DNA of 32,000 bases from Candidatus Midichloria mitochondrii IricVA (lineage in GTDB: Bacteria; Pseudomonadota; Alphaproteobacteria; Rickettsiales; Midichloriaceae): positions 1,110,001 through 1,142,000 of the forward strand of contig NC_015722.1 of assembly GCF_000219355.1 (NCBI RefSeq), given 5' to 3'. The notes beneath the pieces were generated by a model. The model was not told the origin of the DNA, searched no databases, and saw only the letters and a list, made by a program, of their open reading frames with translations. Below, in pieces: positions 20,498 through 29,759 of this stretch. The position numbers and the translations under genes were made by a program. The number at the start of each line of letters is the position of its first letter. The stretch's first letter is position 1.

Positions 20498-21610
20498 GTG
20501 GTGTTAGAAGCTTCGTATAAAAATTTGCTAAAGGCCATGGGCCTCATCGATGACCCCTCCCAGCTTGAACTCGTCAGGCTCTTACAAAGTTACCAGCGCA
20601 AGCTTTTGTCTAGCAGAAGCTGTACTTTTACCGAAAGAATCAAGGAATTTTTTAATAAAAATCAATCCTGTCCTATAACTAAAATGGGAGTATATATATG
20701 GGGAGATGTTGGCAGAGGCAAAAGCATGATTATGGATTTTTTCTTTAACCATACTCATAATATATCCAAAAAACGCTCTCATTTTCACCAGTTCATGGTA
20801 GAATTTCATAAATCCATGATAAAATGGCATTCTAAAAATAACGTTTCCCGAAGCAATGCTATACCAGATGTCGTTGAGAATATAGCCAAAAGTGTAAAAG
20901 TAATATGCTTAGACGAATTACAAGTAAACAATATAGCTGACGCAATGGTACTGCAAAGATTATTTAATGGGCTATTTAAAAAAGGAATCTTTCTATTTAT
21001 CACATCTAACTTTAGGCCTGAAGATTTATTTAAGGATGGTCTCCAACGTGAAAACTTTCTTCCTTGCATTCAATTAATCAATTCCAGGCTAGACGTTTTT
21101 AACTTAAATAATCATATAGACTATAGGCTAGAAAAGATAAGCAATATTGAAAAATTATATTATTGGCCACTGGATGAGGAGCTTCCGTATTATATATACC
21201 TTGTTCTAAGCACTTTACTTGGCGAACATGATTTTAGCCCTCGCACAATAAAAGTTGACGATAATAATTACCTCACCGTATTAAAAAGCTACGGAAAAAC
21301 CGCTATGTTTTCTTTTCTAGAGCTTTGTGAAATTCCTTTAGGGATTTTAGAGTATTTGGCAGTTTGTAAGAATTTTCGTACAATCATAATTACTGGCATA
21401 CCACAGATGAAAAATGAAAATCATAATGAAGCTCTAAGGTTTATTACTCTAATAGATTGTATATATGAGCATAAAAACAAGCTTATCTGCACAGCAGAGG
21501 CGGCAATAGACGACCTGTATGTTGGCACTAAACATAAAACTGAATTTAAGAGAACTATATCTAGGTTACATGAGATGCAGAGCGCTAATTATTTAAAAGG
21601 CATTGCCTAA
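20498..21610 (+). CDS. zapE: AFG1/ZapE-family ATPase
   Basis: Walker A is GVYIWGDVGRGKSMIMD, Walker B is VICLDELQV, and the C-terminal block is EFKRTISRLHEMQS. The start is GTG. The last three codons and the stop (GGC ATT GCC TAA, 21599..21610) are the inverted repeat of IS copy 2. Confidence 0.85.
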   Translation: MVLEASYKNLLKAMGLIDDPSQLELVRLLQSYQRKLLSSRSCTFTERIKEFFNKNQSCPITKMGVYIWGDVGRGKSMIMDFFFNHTHNISKKRSHFHQFMVEFHKSMIKWHSKNNVSRSNAIPDVVENIAKSVKVICLDELQVNNIADAMVLQRLFNGLFKKGIFLFITSNFRPEDLFKDGLQRENFLPCIQLINSRLDVFNLNNHIDYRLEKISNIEKLYYWPLDEELPYYIYLVLSTLLGEHDFSPRTIKVDDNNYLTVLKSYGKTAMFSFLELCEIPLGILEYLAVCKNFRTIIITGIPQMKNENHNEALRFITLIDCIYEHKNKLICTAEAAIDDLYVGTKHKTEFKRTISRLHEMQSANYLKGIA

Positions 21611-22399
21611 TATTTAGTAATAGGAGTTTCAAATCCAGCGAATGCCCATGGAAGAAGAGGGTAAGAGTAGCGCAAAGCATCCTCAGGGATTGCTATAGCG
21701 CTCTGTTCTCCGATTAAAACGAGCTAGATAATGCCTTTTAAAGAATTCTTTGATTCTACCAATGAGGTCTCAGCCTTTGTTTTGTGATGGTGCGTGGAGA
21801 TTTTATAGCATTCATAAACGCTGTAATCATCTGTACGTGCTCATTTATAACGTTCCTCAAAGCCTAAATGACAGGTTCAGGTGGGTTGCCTTGCTCCCGT
21901 CAACCTACCTTCAAAATCAATAATTTCACCCGCTCCTCTATCAACAGCAATCCATATAAAGGTGTACCCCACTTCCATTCTTTGGTCTTTTTTTATATAT
22001 GTGCACAGCTCGTCAATCTCTAGGACCTCGATATCCTTAAGTGACTTTGTGCCGTTGCAGCTCTTATCTAACTTTTCTTGCACATAGCGCCCCCCGTCCC
22101 TTCGATCCATGAAGATATTTGGCTGTTATGGATTCCAGTCAGTCTCTCTATCGTCCTAATCCCACAGTCCTCAAGATTAGGTTTTAAGTCTATCATTCAT
22201 CGTGTATTTCTGTCGCTTATTACCTTCTCGGTAATTCTTTTTGCAATTCTTGCAATCCACCTCTGCTGTCCCTATACCACGCCATTCTTCACCTGCTCGC
22301 TAGAGCCGCAATATTTACACTTAATTGTCATTTCTACTCCCGTTTTATTACGAAGATATCACACCCTCTTATTGCTGCCTATAATTACCAGGCAATGCC
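21599..22399 (-). mobile_element. defective IS1-family insertion sequence, copy 2
   Basis: This 801-bp element is in the same orientation as copy 1 and is highly similar to it, differing by a few dozen substitutions or indels by eye. The terminal IRs GGCATTGCCT are the same. The flanking 8-mers are ATTTAAAA (21591..21598) and ATTTATAA (22400..22407). Track ORF 21877..22110 (-) is the InsB-like fragment (EIDELCTYIKKD...FIWIAVDRGAGEIIDF). Plus-strand ORFs 21881..22087 and 22078..22407 are shadows. Confidence 0.8.
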
Positions 22400-22474
22400 A
22401 TTTATAATCGTCATATATATATTGACAGTTCCAGTATATTTGCTAGTCTTAGGCTTTAAGTTTTTGGTAGGTAT

Positions 22475-22798
22475 ATGGCGAGTTCGGTTACAGATTCTAA
22501 TTTTTCCTCATTAGTTTCCAATTCAAAGGGTTTTGTATTGGTAGATTTTTGGGCAGAATGGTGTGGACCTTGCAGACAGCTTAGCCCAATTATTGATGAA
22601 ATATCGCAGATGATGGAGGGGAAGGTAGCTGTTTATAAACTAAATATAGGCGAGAATCCTGAATCCGCCTCACAACTTAGCATACAAAGTATTCCTTCGT
22701 TAGTTCTATTTAAGGATGGAGTAAAGGTAGATGTGCAAGTAGGCTTTAAGAGCAAAACTGTTTTAATTGATTGGCTACAATCTAAAGTTAGTGCCTAG
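22475..22798 (+). CDS. trxA: thioredoxin
   Basis: The 107-aa ORF has the active site WAEWCGPCRQL and typical thioredoxin length and layout (SIPSLVLFKDG). Confidence 0.95.
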   Translation: MASSVTDSNFSSLVSNSKGFVLVDFWAEWCGPCRQLSPIIDEISQMMEGKVAVYKLNIGENPESASQLSIQSIPSLVLFKDGVKVDVQVGFKSKTVLIDWLQSKVSA

Positions 22799-23606
22799 TG
22801 GGATATCAGGTTTTAAGCAACCTGGAAGATTAATTAATGTTTTAGAAGCGATTTTATACCGCGATTTTGGTTTAAAAGCCGAAGTTGGTGTTGAGGTTGA
22901 GTTTTATCTCCATAATTGCCTAAACGTAGAAAAGTTTACCACCTTATACGGAAATTCAATTATTCCAGAGCGAGGAAAAGGTCAGTATGAGATTAATCTA
23001 AAACCGTCTCCAGATTTAGTTGGAGTGTGCGATAGCTTTCATTGTAATAAGGACAAACTTTTATCTGCTGCTACGAGCTTAAATCAGCTAATTGATTTTA
23101 ATCCAAAACCTATAAAAGAAGACTATGGCTCATCGGTGCATTATCACCTGAGCTTGCATGATGATAATGGGTGCAATATTTTTGGCACAGAAGATAATAC
23201 GCACATGATGGAATCGGTTGTAGCATCTATTTTAGAGCTTACTAATCAATCTTTATATATGTTAACAGCTGTTAATGATTTCGACAGGTTTGTGCCGCAT
23301 TTTATGGCTCCGGTCAATATTAGTTGGGGCGGTAATAATAGGACCACATTGCTTAGAATCCCGAACTCTCCAAAAGCAAATAAAAGAATAGAGTTTAGAC
23401 TACCCTCTTCCAACGCAGCACCAGAGCTAGTTATCATTTTCCTGTTAACAGCAACATTGGAAGGCTTAAAAATAAAAAAAGCCTATAAAAAGATTTACGG
23501 CAGTGCCTATGATAAGCAATATGGGCTCACTCCTCTATTAGCAAATTTAATTGAAGCAAAAAAATGCTTTCGCTTTATTGAAATTATTGCTAATTACACA
23601 TCTTAG
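22767..23606 (+). CDS. glutamine-synthetase catalytic-domain protein, short form lacking the N-terminal domain (function uncertain, possibly a relic)
   Basis: GS-family blocks are present: VEVEFYL, GKGQYEINL, GSSVHYHLSL, NNRTTLLRIP, and RIEFRLPSSNAAPELVIIFLLTATLEGL. The ORF is only 279 aa. It has no ATG near its start; candidates are TTG at 22767 or GTG at 22791, and both overlap the end of trxA. Confidence 0.55.
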   Translation: MIGYNLKLVPSGISGFKQPGRLINVLEAILYRDFGLKAEVGVEVEFYLHNCLNVEKFTTLYGNSIIPERGKGQYEINLKPSPDLVGVCDSFHCNKDKLLSAATSLNQLIDFNPKPIKEDYGSSVHYHLSLHDDNGCNIFGTEDNTHMMESVVASILELTNQSLYMLTAVNDFDRFVPHFMAPVNISWGGNNRTTLLRIPNSPKANKRIEFRLPSSNAAPELVIIFLLTATLEGLKIKKAYKKIYGSAYDKQYGLTPLLANLIEAKKCFRFIEIIANYTS

Positions 23607-23628
23607 ATTATTATTGAAAGAAATTTTT

Positions 23629-24540
23629 ATGAACAAACATATAGTACTACTCGTGGGTGGAGTATCAAGGGAAAGAGAAGTATCTCAGATATCTGGAGAA
23701 AGCGTTCGTAATGCGTTGTTAAGTCTTGGTTATAGGGTTACTGTTGTTGATCCTAGCGAAAATTTAGCCAGTGAGCTTATCAAGCTAAGACCTGATATAG
23801 TTTTCAATTGTTTGCATGGTACATTTGGAGAAGGTGGCTCAATACCTGGCTTACTGGAATTATTACGTATACCATATACTCATTCAGGGGTTACTGCTTC
23901 TGCAATTGCCATGGATAAAATTTTAACCAAGAAAATGGCTCAGACCTGTGATATAAATACTCCTAAATATGTTAAAATTGAAAAAAGCGCTTTATTTACA
24001 ATGCTTGAAAAAGGGGAGGACCCAATGCCGAAACCTTATGTAATTAAGGCAGTGCAGCAGGGTTCTAGCATAGGTATTTACCTCGTTATAGATGAGAATA
24101 GCGATAAGCCAAAGAAAGCAGAATGGACTTTCGGAGAGCAGATACTAGTTGAGGAGTACATACCAGGGCAGGAATTAAGTGTAGCAGTACTAAATGACAA
24201 AGCACTTGGAGTGTTAGAATTAAGGCCTAAGACGAATTTCTATGATTATACTGCTAAATATAGTGATGGAGTGACAGAACACGTGCATCCAGCTGAGATC
24301 CCTCAAGAAGTCTATCTGGAGGCCATGAAAAGAGCGGAGGAGATGCATAAAGCACTTGGCTGTAGGACAGTGAGCCGCAGTGATTTTAGATATAACAATA
24401 TTGGTAGCGCAGATGGATTATTTTTCTTAGAAATAAATACCCATCCAGGTTTTACAAATCTTTCGATAGTTCCAGATATAGCCTCTCGTCGTGGAATTAG
24501 TTTTGAACAAATAATAGAACAACTTCTCAAAGACGCAAAA
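23629..24540 (+). CDS. ddl: D-alanine--D-alanine ligase; no stop codon of its own
   Basis: From ATG 23629 the sequence reads MNKHIVLLVGGVSREREVSQISG, followed by FNCLHGTFGEGGSIPGLLELLRIPYTHSGV. An ATP-grasp core (KAVQQGSSIGI, EEYIPGQELSV, FFLEINTHPGFT) is present. At 304 aa the normal Ddl end is reached, at ...EQLLKDAK, and the frame then continues into ftsQ. The upstream part of the track ORF (23551..23628) overlaps the previous gene and is unlikely to be coding. Confidence 0.9.
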
Positions 24541-25356
24541 ATGCGAAATAATGCTGTAAAAATAGCAAAATATACATATCTTGATACAGATGTTCATTAC
24601 GGTAAGCAAATAAGCTCTCTTTTGCAACCTGCTCGTGAGAAACCTTTTAAGAAAATAATTCGAGTATATATTTTGTTTTTGCTAGGTGTTGCAGCCATTT
24701 TCTATATTCTAACTAAGCTTTGTACTAACGAAGTTGATCAATTTGTTGATAAGTTAATCAACAAGACAGTGATTTCTGAGCTTAACATTTGCGGTAATAT
24801 TCAGGTGAGTAAAGAAGAAATAATCAATACTCTTGATCTCTCGTTACCACTAGAAGTCAGTTACATAAACGCCTCGCATATTAAAGAAGAGCTTTTGAAA
24901 AACCCTTTAATTAAAGATGTTGAGGTTAAAATCAATTTGCCTAACATATTAAGTTTATTAGTAACGGAGCGCCAGCCGTTTGCTCTTTGGTTTGATCAGA
25001 AACAGTTCCACTTAATAGACGAAGAAGGATTTATAGTAAAAGCCTGCGTAGAATTTCAAGAGAAGGAGAATAAATATATAATAGCTGCAGGAACCGATTC
25101 TAATAATCAGCTGCAGAATTTACTTGATGAATTAAAAGGCTATAGTATATCAAAAAAATTATTTGCGGTTCAGTTAATCAGTAACAGGAGATGGAATATA
25201 TTGCTAAAAAATGGATTAATTGTTAAGCTACCAGAAAATAACGTGAAGGAAGCGCTGGTTGCTCTAGATTTAGTTTTAGAAAATTATAGTCCAAGTAAAC
25301 CTTTCAACATCATTGATTTACGTTTAGCTCCAGGTAAGGTATATGCAGTATTTTAA
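24541..25356 (+). CDS. ftsQ: cell division protein FtsQ
   Basis: From ATG 24541 there is a short cytoplasmic tail, one TM helix (VYILFLLGVAAIFYIL) and a POTRA-like segment (ICGNIQVSKEEIINTL ... NILSLLVTERQPFALW). An FtsQ beta-domain follows (NRRWNILLKNGLIVKLP). The 271 aa is a normal size. Confidence 0.8.
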   Translation: MRNNAVKIAKYTYLDTDVHYGKQISSLLQPAREKPFKKIIRVYILFLLGVAAIFYILTKLCTNEVDQFVDKLINKTVISELNICGNIQVSKEEIINTLDLSLPLEVSYINASHIKEELLKNPLIKDVEVKINLPNILSLLVTERQPFALWFDQKQFHLIDEEGFIVKACVEFQEKENKYIIAAGTDSNNQLQNLLDELKGYSISKKLFAVQLISNRRWNILLKNGLIVKLPENNVKEALVALDLVLENYSPSKPFNIIDLRLAPGKVYAVF

Positions 25357-25384
25357 TATCAAATAGGTTTTTGGTCAATAAAAT

Positions 25385-26611
25385 ATGATTAAGCAACGTA
25401 GGAATGTTATTGCGGTCTTAGATATCGGTAGTTCTAAGATTTTATGCTCAATTGCTAAATTTTCATCAAGCAGCGAATTAGAAGTGATAGGTTATAGCAA
25501 TCATATTTCTGAAGGGATTAGGTCTGGCATCATTACAAATCTTCAAGCTGCAACTGAATCGATAGCACAAGCAATTGAAGAAGCAGAAAAAAATTCGGGA
25601 ATTAGGGTGAGTAATATTTATGTAAATATTTCTTCTAATAATTTAATCTCACACCAATTAAGTGCGGAAATTGATGTAACTGGACGTGAAATCAATTCTA
25701 AAGATATGAACAAGTTATTGTTTCAAGTTTTAGATAAATATAAAGATCAACAGGTCGGCGTGATTCATTCTTTTATTTACGATTATGTTTTAGATGGTAA
25801 CCGAGGAATTACTAATCCACTTGGCATGTACGGTAGCAATCTATCCTGTGAAGTGAACGTTTTGGTTACGCCAAATAATATTATAGCTAACTTAGCAAAC
25901 TGTCTTTCCAAATGTCAGCTTGATGTAAACGCTTATATTGCCTCTTCATACGTCTCAGGGATGGCTTGCTTAACTCCTAACGAAATGAAAATGGGAGTCG
26001 TATTGATTGAAATTGGAAGCGGTTGTTCTTCTATCTCAATATTTGCCAATTCTCAAATGATTTTTACAGATGGTATACCTGTCGGAGGACACCACATTAC
26101 AAATGATATAGCTAAAGGCTTGAGTATAAGTTATGAAGACGCAGAAAGAATCAAGATTTTATATGGCACTGCAATCAGCACTTCTATTGAGTCTAAAGAA
26201 AATATAGAGCTAGCGGCCGAGGACGAAAATGAGGAACCTAATTTAATATCTAGAGCGATTCTTGCAGAAATTATAAGAGCTAGGTCTGAAGAAGTTCTTG
26301 AGTTACTTGAGCATAAAATAATTCATGCAGGTTTTTCCATTGCTAGTAATAAGATAGTTCTAACTGGTGGTAGTGCAAATTTAAATGGGCTAAAAGAGCT
26401 AGTAGGTCATATGTTTTCTGCTAAGGTTAGAATAGGCTACCCTAAACTTATAATGGGCTTAGAAAGTGAAGAAAAAAATATGGCTTTTGCTGTTTCCGTT
26501 GGTATGCTAACGCATATAAGTCAAACAATAAGAGCTGCCTCTATGGGAAAGGCTAATGAAGGTTCTTCAAGCAAGAAGGTTTGGCAGTGGCTTAAGGATA
26601 ACTTTATCTAA
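25385..26611 (+). CDS. ftsA: cell division protein FtsA
   Basis: The 408-aa actin-fold protein has VLDIGSSKILCSIA, VLIEIGSGCSSISIF, GGHHITNDIAKGL and IVLTGGSANLNGLKELV. It follows ftsQ. Confidence 0.92.
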   Translation: MIKQRRNVIAVLDIGSSKILCSIAKFSSSSELEVIGYSNHISEGIRSGIITNLQAATESIAQAIEEAEKNSGIRVSNIYVNISSNNLISHQLSAEIDVTGREINSKDMNKLLFQVLDKYKDQQVGVIHSFIYDYVLDGNRGITNPLGMYGSNLSCEVNVLVTPNNIIANLANCLSKCQLDVNAYIASSYVSGMACLTPNEMKMGVVLIEIGSGCSSISIFANSQMIFTDGIPVGGHHITNDIAKGLSISYEDAERIKILYGTAISTSIESKENIELAAEDENEEPNLISRAILAEIIRARSEEVLELLEHKIIHAGFSIASNKIVLTGGSANLNGLKELVGHMFSAKVRIGYPKLIMGLESEEKNMAFAVSVGMLTHISQTIRAASMGKANEGSSSKKVWQWLKDNFI

Positions 26612-26631
26612 TTAATTTTTAAAGAAAAAAT

Positions 26632-28551
26632 ATGATTGGTTTAATTCCACGTAAAGTTCTTTTTGGTAACCCTGATAAAACTAATGCTAAGATAAGCAAT
26701 GATGGACGATATATTTCTTATATTGCCCCTCTTGATGGGGTTTTGAATGTATATGTTGCAGCAATCGATACTCCAAATGAAGCGAAGCCAGTAACAAATG
26801 ATACGGGTCGCGGTATTAGAGTATATTATTGGGGTTATGACGATAGGCATTTGTTATACCTGCAGGACAATAACGGGGATGAAAATTGGCATCTTTATTC
26901 AGTTAATATTGAGGACTTTACTATCCAAAATCTTACAGATTTTCCAGATACCCGTGTACAGGTAAATAACTTAAGTCGGCATTTTCCTAATGAAGTAATC
27001 ATTGAGATGAATCGTAGACGTAAGGACCTTTTCGATCTCTATATCTTAGATTTAAGCTCCGGTTCAGTTAGAGAATTTTTTAGAAATGAAGAGTATGCAA
27101 GCCTCATAACTGATGATTATTTTAAATTGAGGTTTGCTCAAAAGCTAAATCCTGATGGTAGCCTAACTATCTATGAATTTGATCAAGAAAGCAATGTGAG
27201 CGAATTTATGCAAGTTGAAGCTGGGGATCTTCATACCACCTCAATTTTAGATTTTGATGAAGAAAATAATCTATATATGATAGATTCTACTGATAGAAAT
27301 ACTGCAGCTTTAGTTCTGTTCAATCTAAAAACTAAACAAAAAACATTACTCTATGAAAATGATAAAGCAGATATCTCTTCACTGATGCTGCATCCAACTA
27401 AGAAATATTTGCAAGCTGCGAAATATAATCACTTACGGGAAGAAATAAAGGTTTTTGATCGGTCGTTAGACCTCGCATTTGCTAAGATAAAGGAAACCAT
27501 TGCTGGCGATTTGCAAATTCTTTCTAGGTCTTTAGATGATACTATATGGATATTTGCTGATATTAAAGATAACGGTCCAGTTTCATATTATCGATACGAT
27601 AGAACAAAAGAAGAAATAAAATTTTTATTTTATAATAGGGGTGATCTTGTAAATTGTGAATTGGTGAAAATGCATCCAGTTATGGTTAAGGCAAGGGATG
27701 GACTGGAGCTGGTGAGTTATCTTACTTTGCCTCGAGACTTTGATTCATCTACCCTTGACGCTTTACCTCAAGCGGAAAGTGTGCCTCTAATTTTATGGGT
27801 GCACGGAGGTCCTACTGCGCGTGATTATTGGGGATATGACGCAATTCATCAATGGTTAGCTAATCGTGGTTACGCGGTTTTAAGTGTTAATTACCGGGGT
27901 TCTACTGGCTTTGGTAAGGATTTTATTAATGCTGGCAATGGCGAGTGGAGCAGGAAAATGCATACTGATTTAATAGATGCTGTGGATTGGGCTATTGATA
28001 AAGGGATTACCACAAGAGATAAGGTCGCAATTGGTGGTGGGAGCTACGGTGGTTACGCCGCATTAGTCGGGCTTACATTTACTCCGGAAATCTTTAAATG
28101 TGCGGTTGATATTGTAGGCCCATCAAACTTAGAGACCCTTTTGGCCACAATTCCTCCTTATTGGAAGCCACATGTTGCTGCTTTAGAAAAAAAACTTGGT
28201 GGTGCTCTAGCAACAGAAGAAGGAAGAAACGAACTGAGGGCAAGATCGCCAATAAATTTTGTTGATAATATTTCGAAACCCTTGTTAATAGGGCAAGGAG
28301 CTAATGACCCAAGGGTGAAGCGATCAGAATCAGACCAAATAGTGAATTTGATGAATCAAAAGGGTATTCCAGTTACTTATATCTTATATACTGAAGAAGG
28401 TCATGGTTTTGCTAAACCTGAGAATAGAATGTCGTTTTATGCACTGACGGAATTATTTTTAAATCAACATCTAGGCGGCCAATTCGAGGAATTTGGTACT
28501 GATCTGAAGGGAGCAAATTTTGAGATATTATCAGGAGATAATCTAAAGTAA
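26632..28551 (+). CDS. S9-family serine peptidase (prolyl oligopeptidase / acylaminoacyl-peptidase-like)
   Basis: The 639-aa ORF has an N-terminal beta-propeller-like region. The C-terminal alpha/beta hydrolase carries the nucleophile elbow GGGSYGGYA, the Asp region GQGANDPRV and the His region TEEGHGF. Confidence 0.88.
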   Translation: MIGLIPRKVLFGNPDKTNAKISNDGRYISYIAPLDGVLNVYVAAIDTPNEAKPVTNDTGRGIRVYYWGYDDRHLLYLQDNNGDENWHLYSVNIEDFTIQNLTDFPDTRVQVNNLSRHFPNEVIIEMNRRRKDLFDLYILDLSSGSVREFFRNEEYASLITDDYFKLRFAQKLNPDGSLTIYEFDQESNVSEFMQVEAGDLHTTSILDFDEENNLYMIDSTDRNTAALVLFNLKTKQKTLLYENDKADISSLMLHPTKKYLQAAKYNHLREEIKVFDRSLDLAFAKIKETIAGDLQILSRSLDDTIWIFADIKDNGPVSYYRYDRTKEEIKFLFYNRGDLVNCELVKMHPVMVKARDGLELVSYLTLPRDFDSSTLDALPQAESVPLILWVHGGPTARDYWGYDAIHQWLANRGYAVLSVNYRGSTGFGKDFINAGNGEWSRKMHTDLIDAVDWAIDKGITTRDKVAIGGGSYGGYAALVGLTFTPEIFKCAVDIVGPSNLETLLATIPPYWKPHVAALEKKLGGALATEEGRNELRARSPINFVDNISKPLLIGQGANDPRVKRSESDQIVNLMNQKGIPVTYILYTEEGHGFAKPENRMSFYALTELFLNQHLGGQFEEFGTDLKGANFEILSGDNLK

Positions 28552-28577
28552 AGCGCCGATAACAGTTTATTAGCCGC

Positions 28578-28604
28578 AATGCATTGAAATATATTGCATT
28601 TTTT
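28578..28604 (+). terminator. weak candidate intrinsic terminator after the S9 peptidase gene
   Basis: AATGCA (28578..28583) pairs with TGCATT (28595..28600) across an 11-nt loop, and the stem runs into a T6 tract. The stem is short and AT-rich, so support is limited. Confidence 0.3.
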
Positions 28605-28628
28605 GTCAATATATCATTAAAGAAAAGA

Positions 28629-29750
28629 ATGCGTGAGGATAAGGTAGCGATTGGGAGATTGTTTGCTCAAGGGGCAGAGCTAATCGGCACTTGGAATATT
28701 AGTGGGTTTAAAGAGTTGTTAATTCAACATCCAGAATTATTCCGAGGAGTTGATGGAAAAACTCTATTGAATTTAGTAGTTATAGAAGGGCAGGAAGAGA
28801 TAATAAGTTTTTTGTTAAAGAAAAGGTTTTCTGATATTACTAGCAAGGATAATCCAAGGAGAAACCCCTTACACCTGTCCTATAGAAGAAATTAATTATC
28901 ATAGAAATATATTCAAAACAACGGCATAACTGCAAAGGACCTCTGAAAGGTATTGCTAGGACTAACAAAAAAACACCCAAGAGATTTCTCTATAAGCCTG
29001 TTAAGCGCTCCCGAATCAGATGCGGCGGAGAATCAGCAAGGGTCCGCGCAGCAAAAAACAAAAGTTATTATGAACTTAAGAGAAGTAAGGTTCGACCTAC
29101 CAGGCATTGAGAAATTACCACTTGCCCAAGAAAAAAAGATTGCATTAACAGAAATGCTATTAAGCAGTAGTACTCTACATAACAAGAGATTAGAAACAGT
29201 TAAAAATTTATTGAGAGAGGGCTTAAGTCTAACCAATGCTGCAATAGAAGATATTTTTGTTCAACAATTGTTTTCGAGTAATAGACTGATGCTTCCTTTT
29301 AAGACAGAGGTAAGCTTTCGTTTTCGAAATGCTTTAAAGGCTTTTAGAGAAGTTTTGCTTAATACTATAAGGGTGATTTAGATCAAAGGATTATTGATGA
29401 CTTCAAAAAAAGACTGCAACAATCTGCCTCTGAAGAGCAAATTGAAGAAGCTAAAAAACCTTTTTCCATCCGCTAAACTATTTAATTGAACAAGGAAGAA
29501 TTACAGGATTAATCTTGATTCAAATGGATGAAATTGGTGGCGGTTCTAAAGCAACAACTCAAGTTGATCCTTCTATAAGAGAGAGGGACGCTTTAGCATA
29601 ACCACCTATAAAGCCAACTCCGCCCACTAGCGCGGATAAAGGACTTATATCTCCTCTCCGCTTCATATTTAGGCAATCAATTCCTGCAGCTGCTCAGCCA
29701 GCTGTTCAGCAAAGGCAAAAGCAGGCTATGCCACTATAACCTCAGTTTGA
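28629..29750 (+). pseudogene. ankyrin-repeat protein gene, eroded by in-frame stops and frameshifts
   Basis: An ANK-like repeat reads DGKTLLNLVVIEGQEEIISFLLKKRFSDITSKDNPRRNPLHL. The same frame then hits TAA, TAG and TGA within 60 nt (28893..28946) while still reading ANK-like NGITAKDL. It continues as track ORF 28953..29381. Protein-like sequence goes on in other frames (DQRIIDDFKKRLQQSASEEQIEEAKKPF; IEQGRITGLILIQMDEIGGGSKATTQVDPSIRERDAL) up to the IS982 remnant. Confidence 0.5.
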
Positions 29751-29759
29751 CGTAAGGAG

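Noticed and set aside
22403-22428. Perfect TATAAT (22403..22408) and TTGACA (22423..22428) next to the IS end as an IS-created promoter for trxA
   Set aside because: The order is wrong for a plus-strand promoter, because the -10-like box lies upstream of the -35-like box. Neither box has a suitably spaced partner: downstream of TTGACA the best -10 is TAGTCT. Chance hexamers are expected in AT-rich DNA.
23551-23628. The N-terminal 26 codons of the 601-aa track ORF as part of Ddl
   Set aside because: They overlap the end of the GS-like gene and are not Ddl-like. The canonical Ddl N-terminus (MNKHIVLLVGGVS) begins at ATG 23629.
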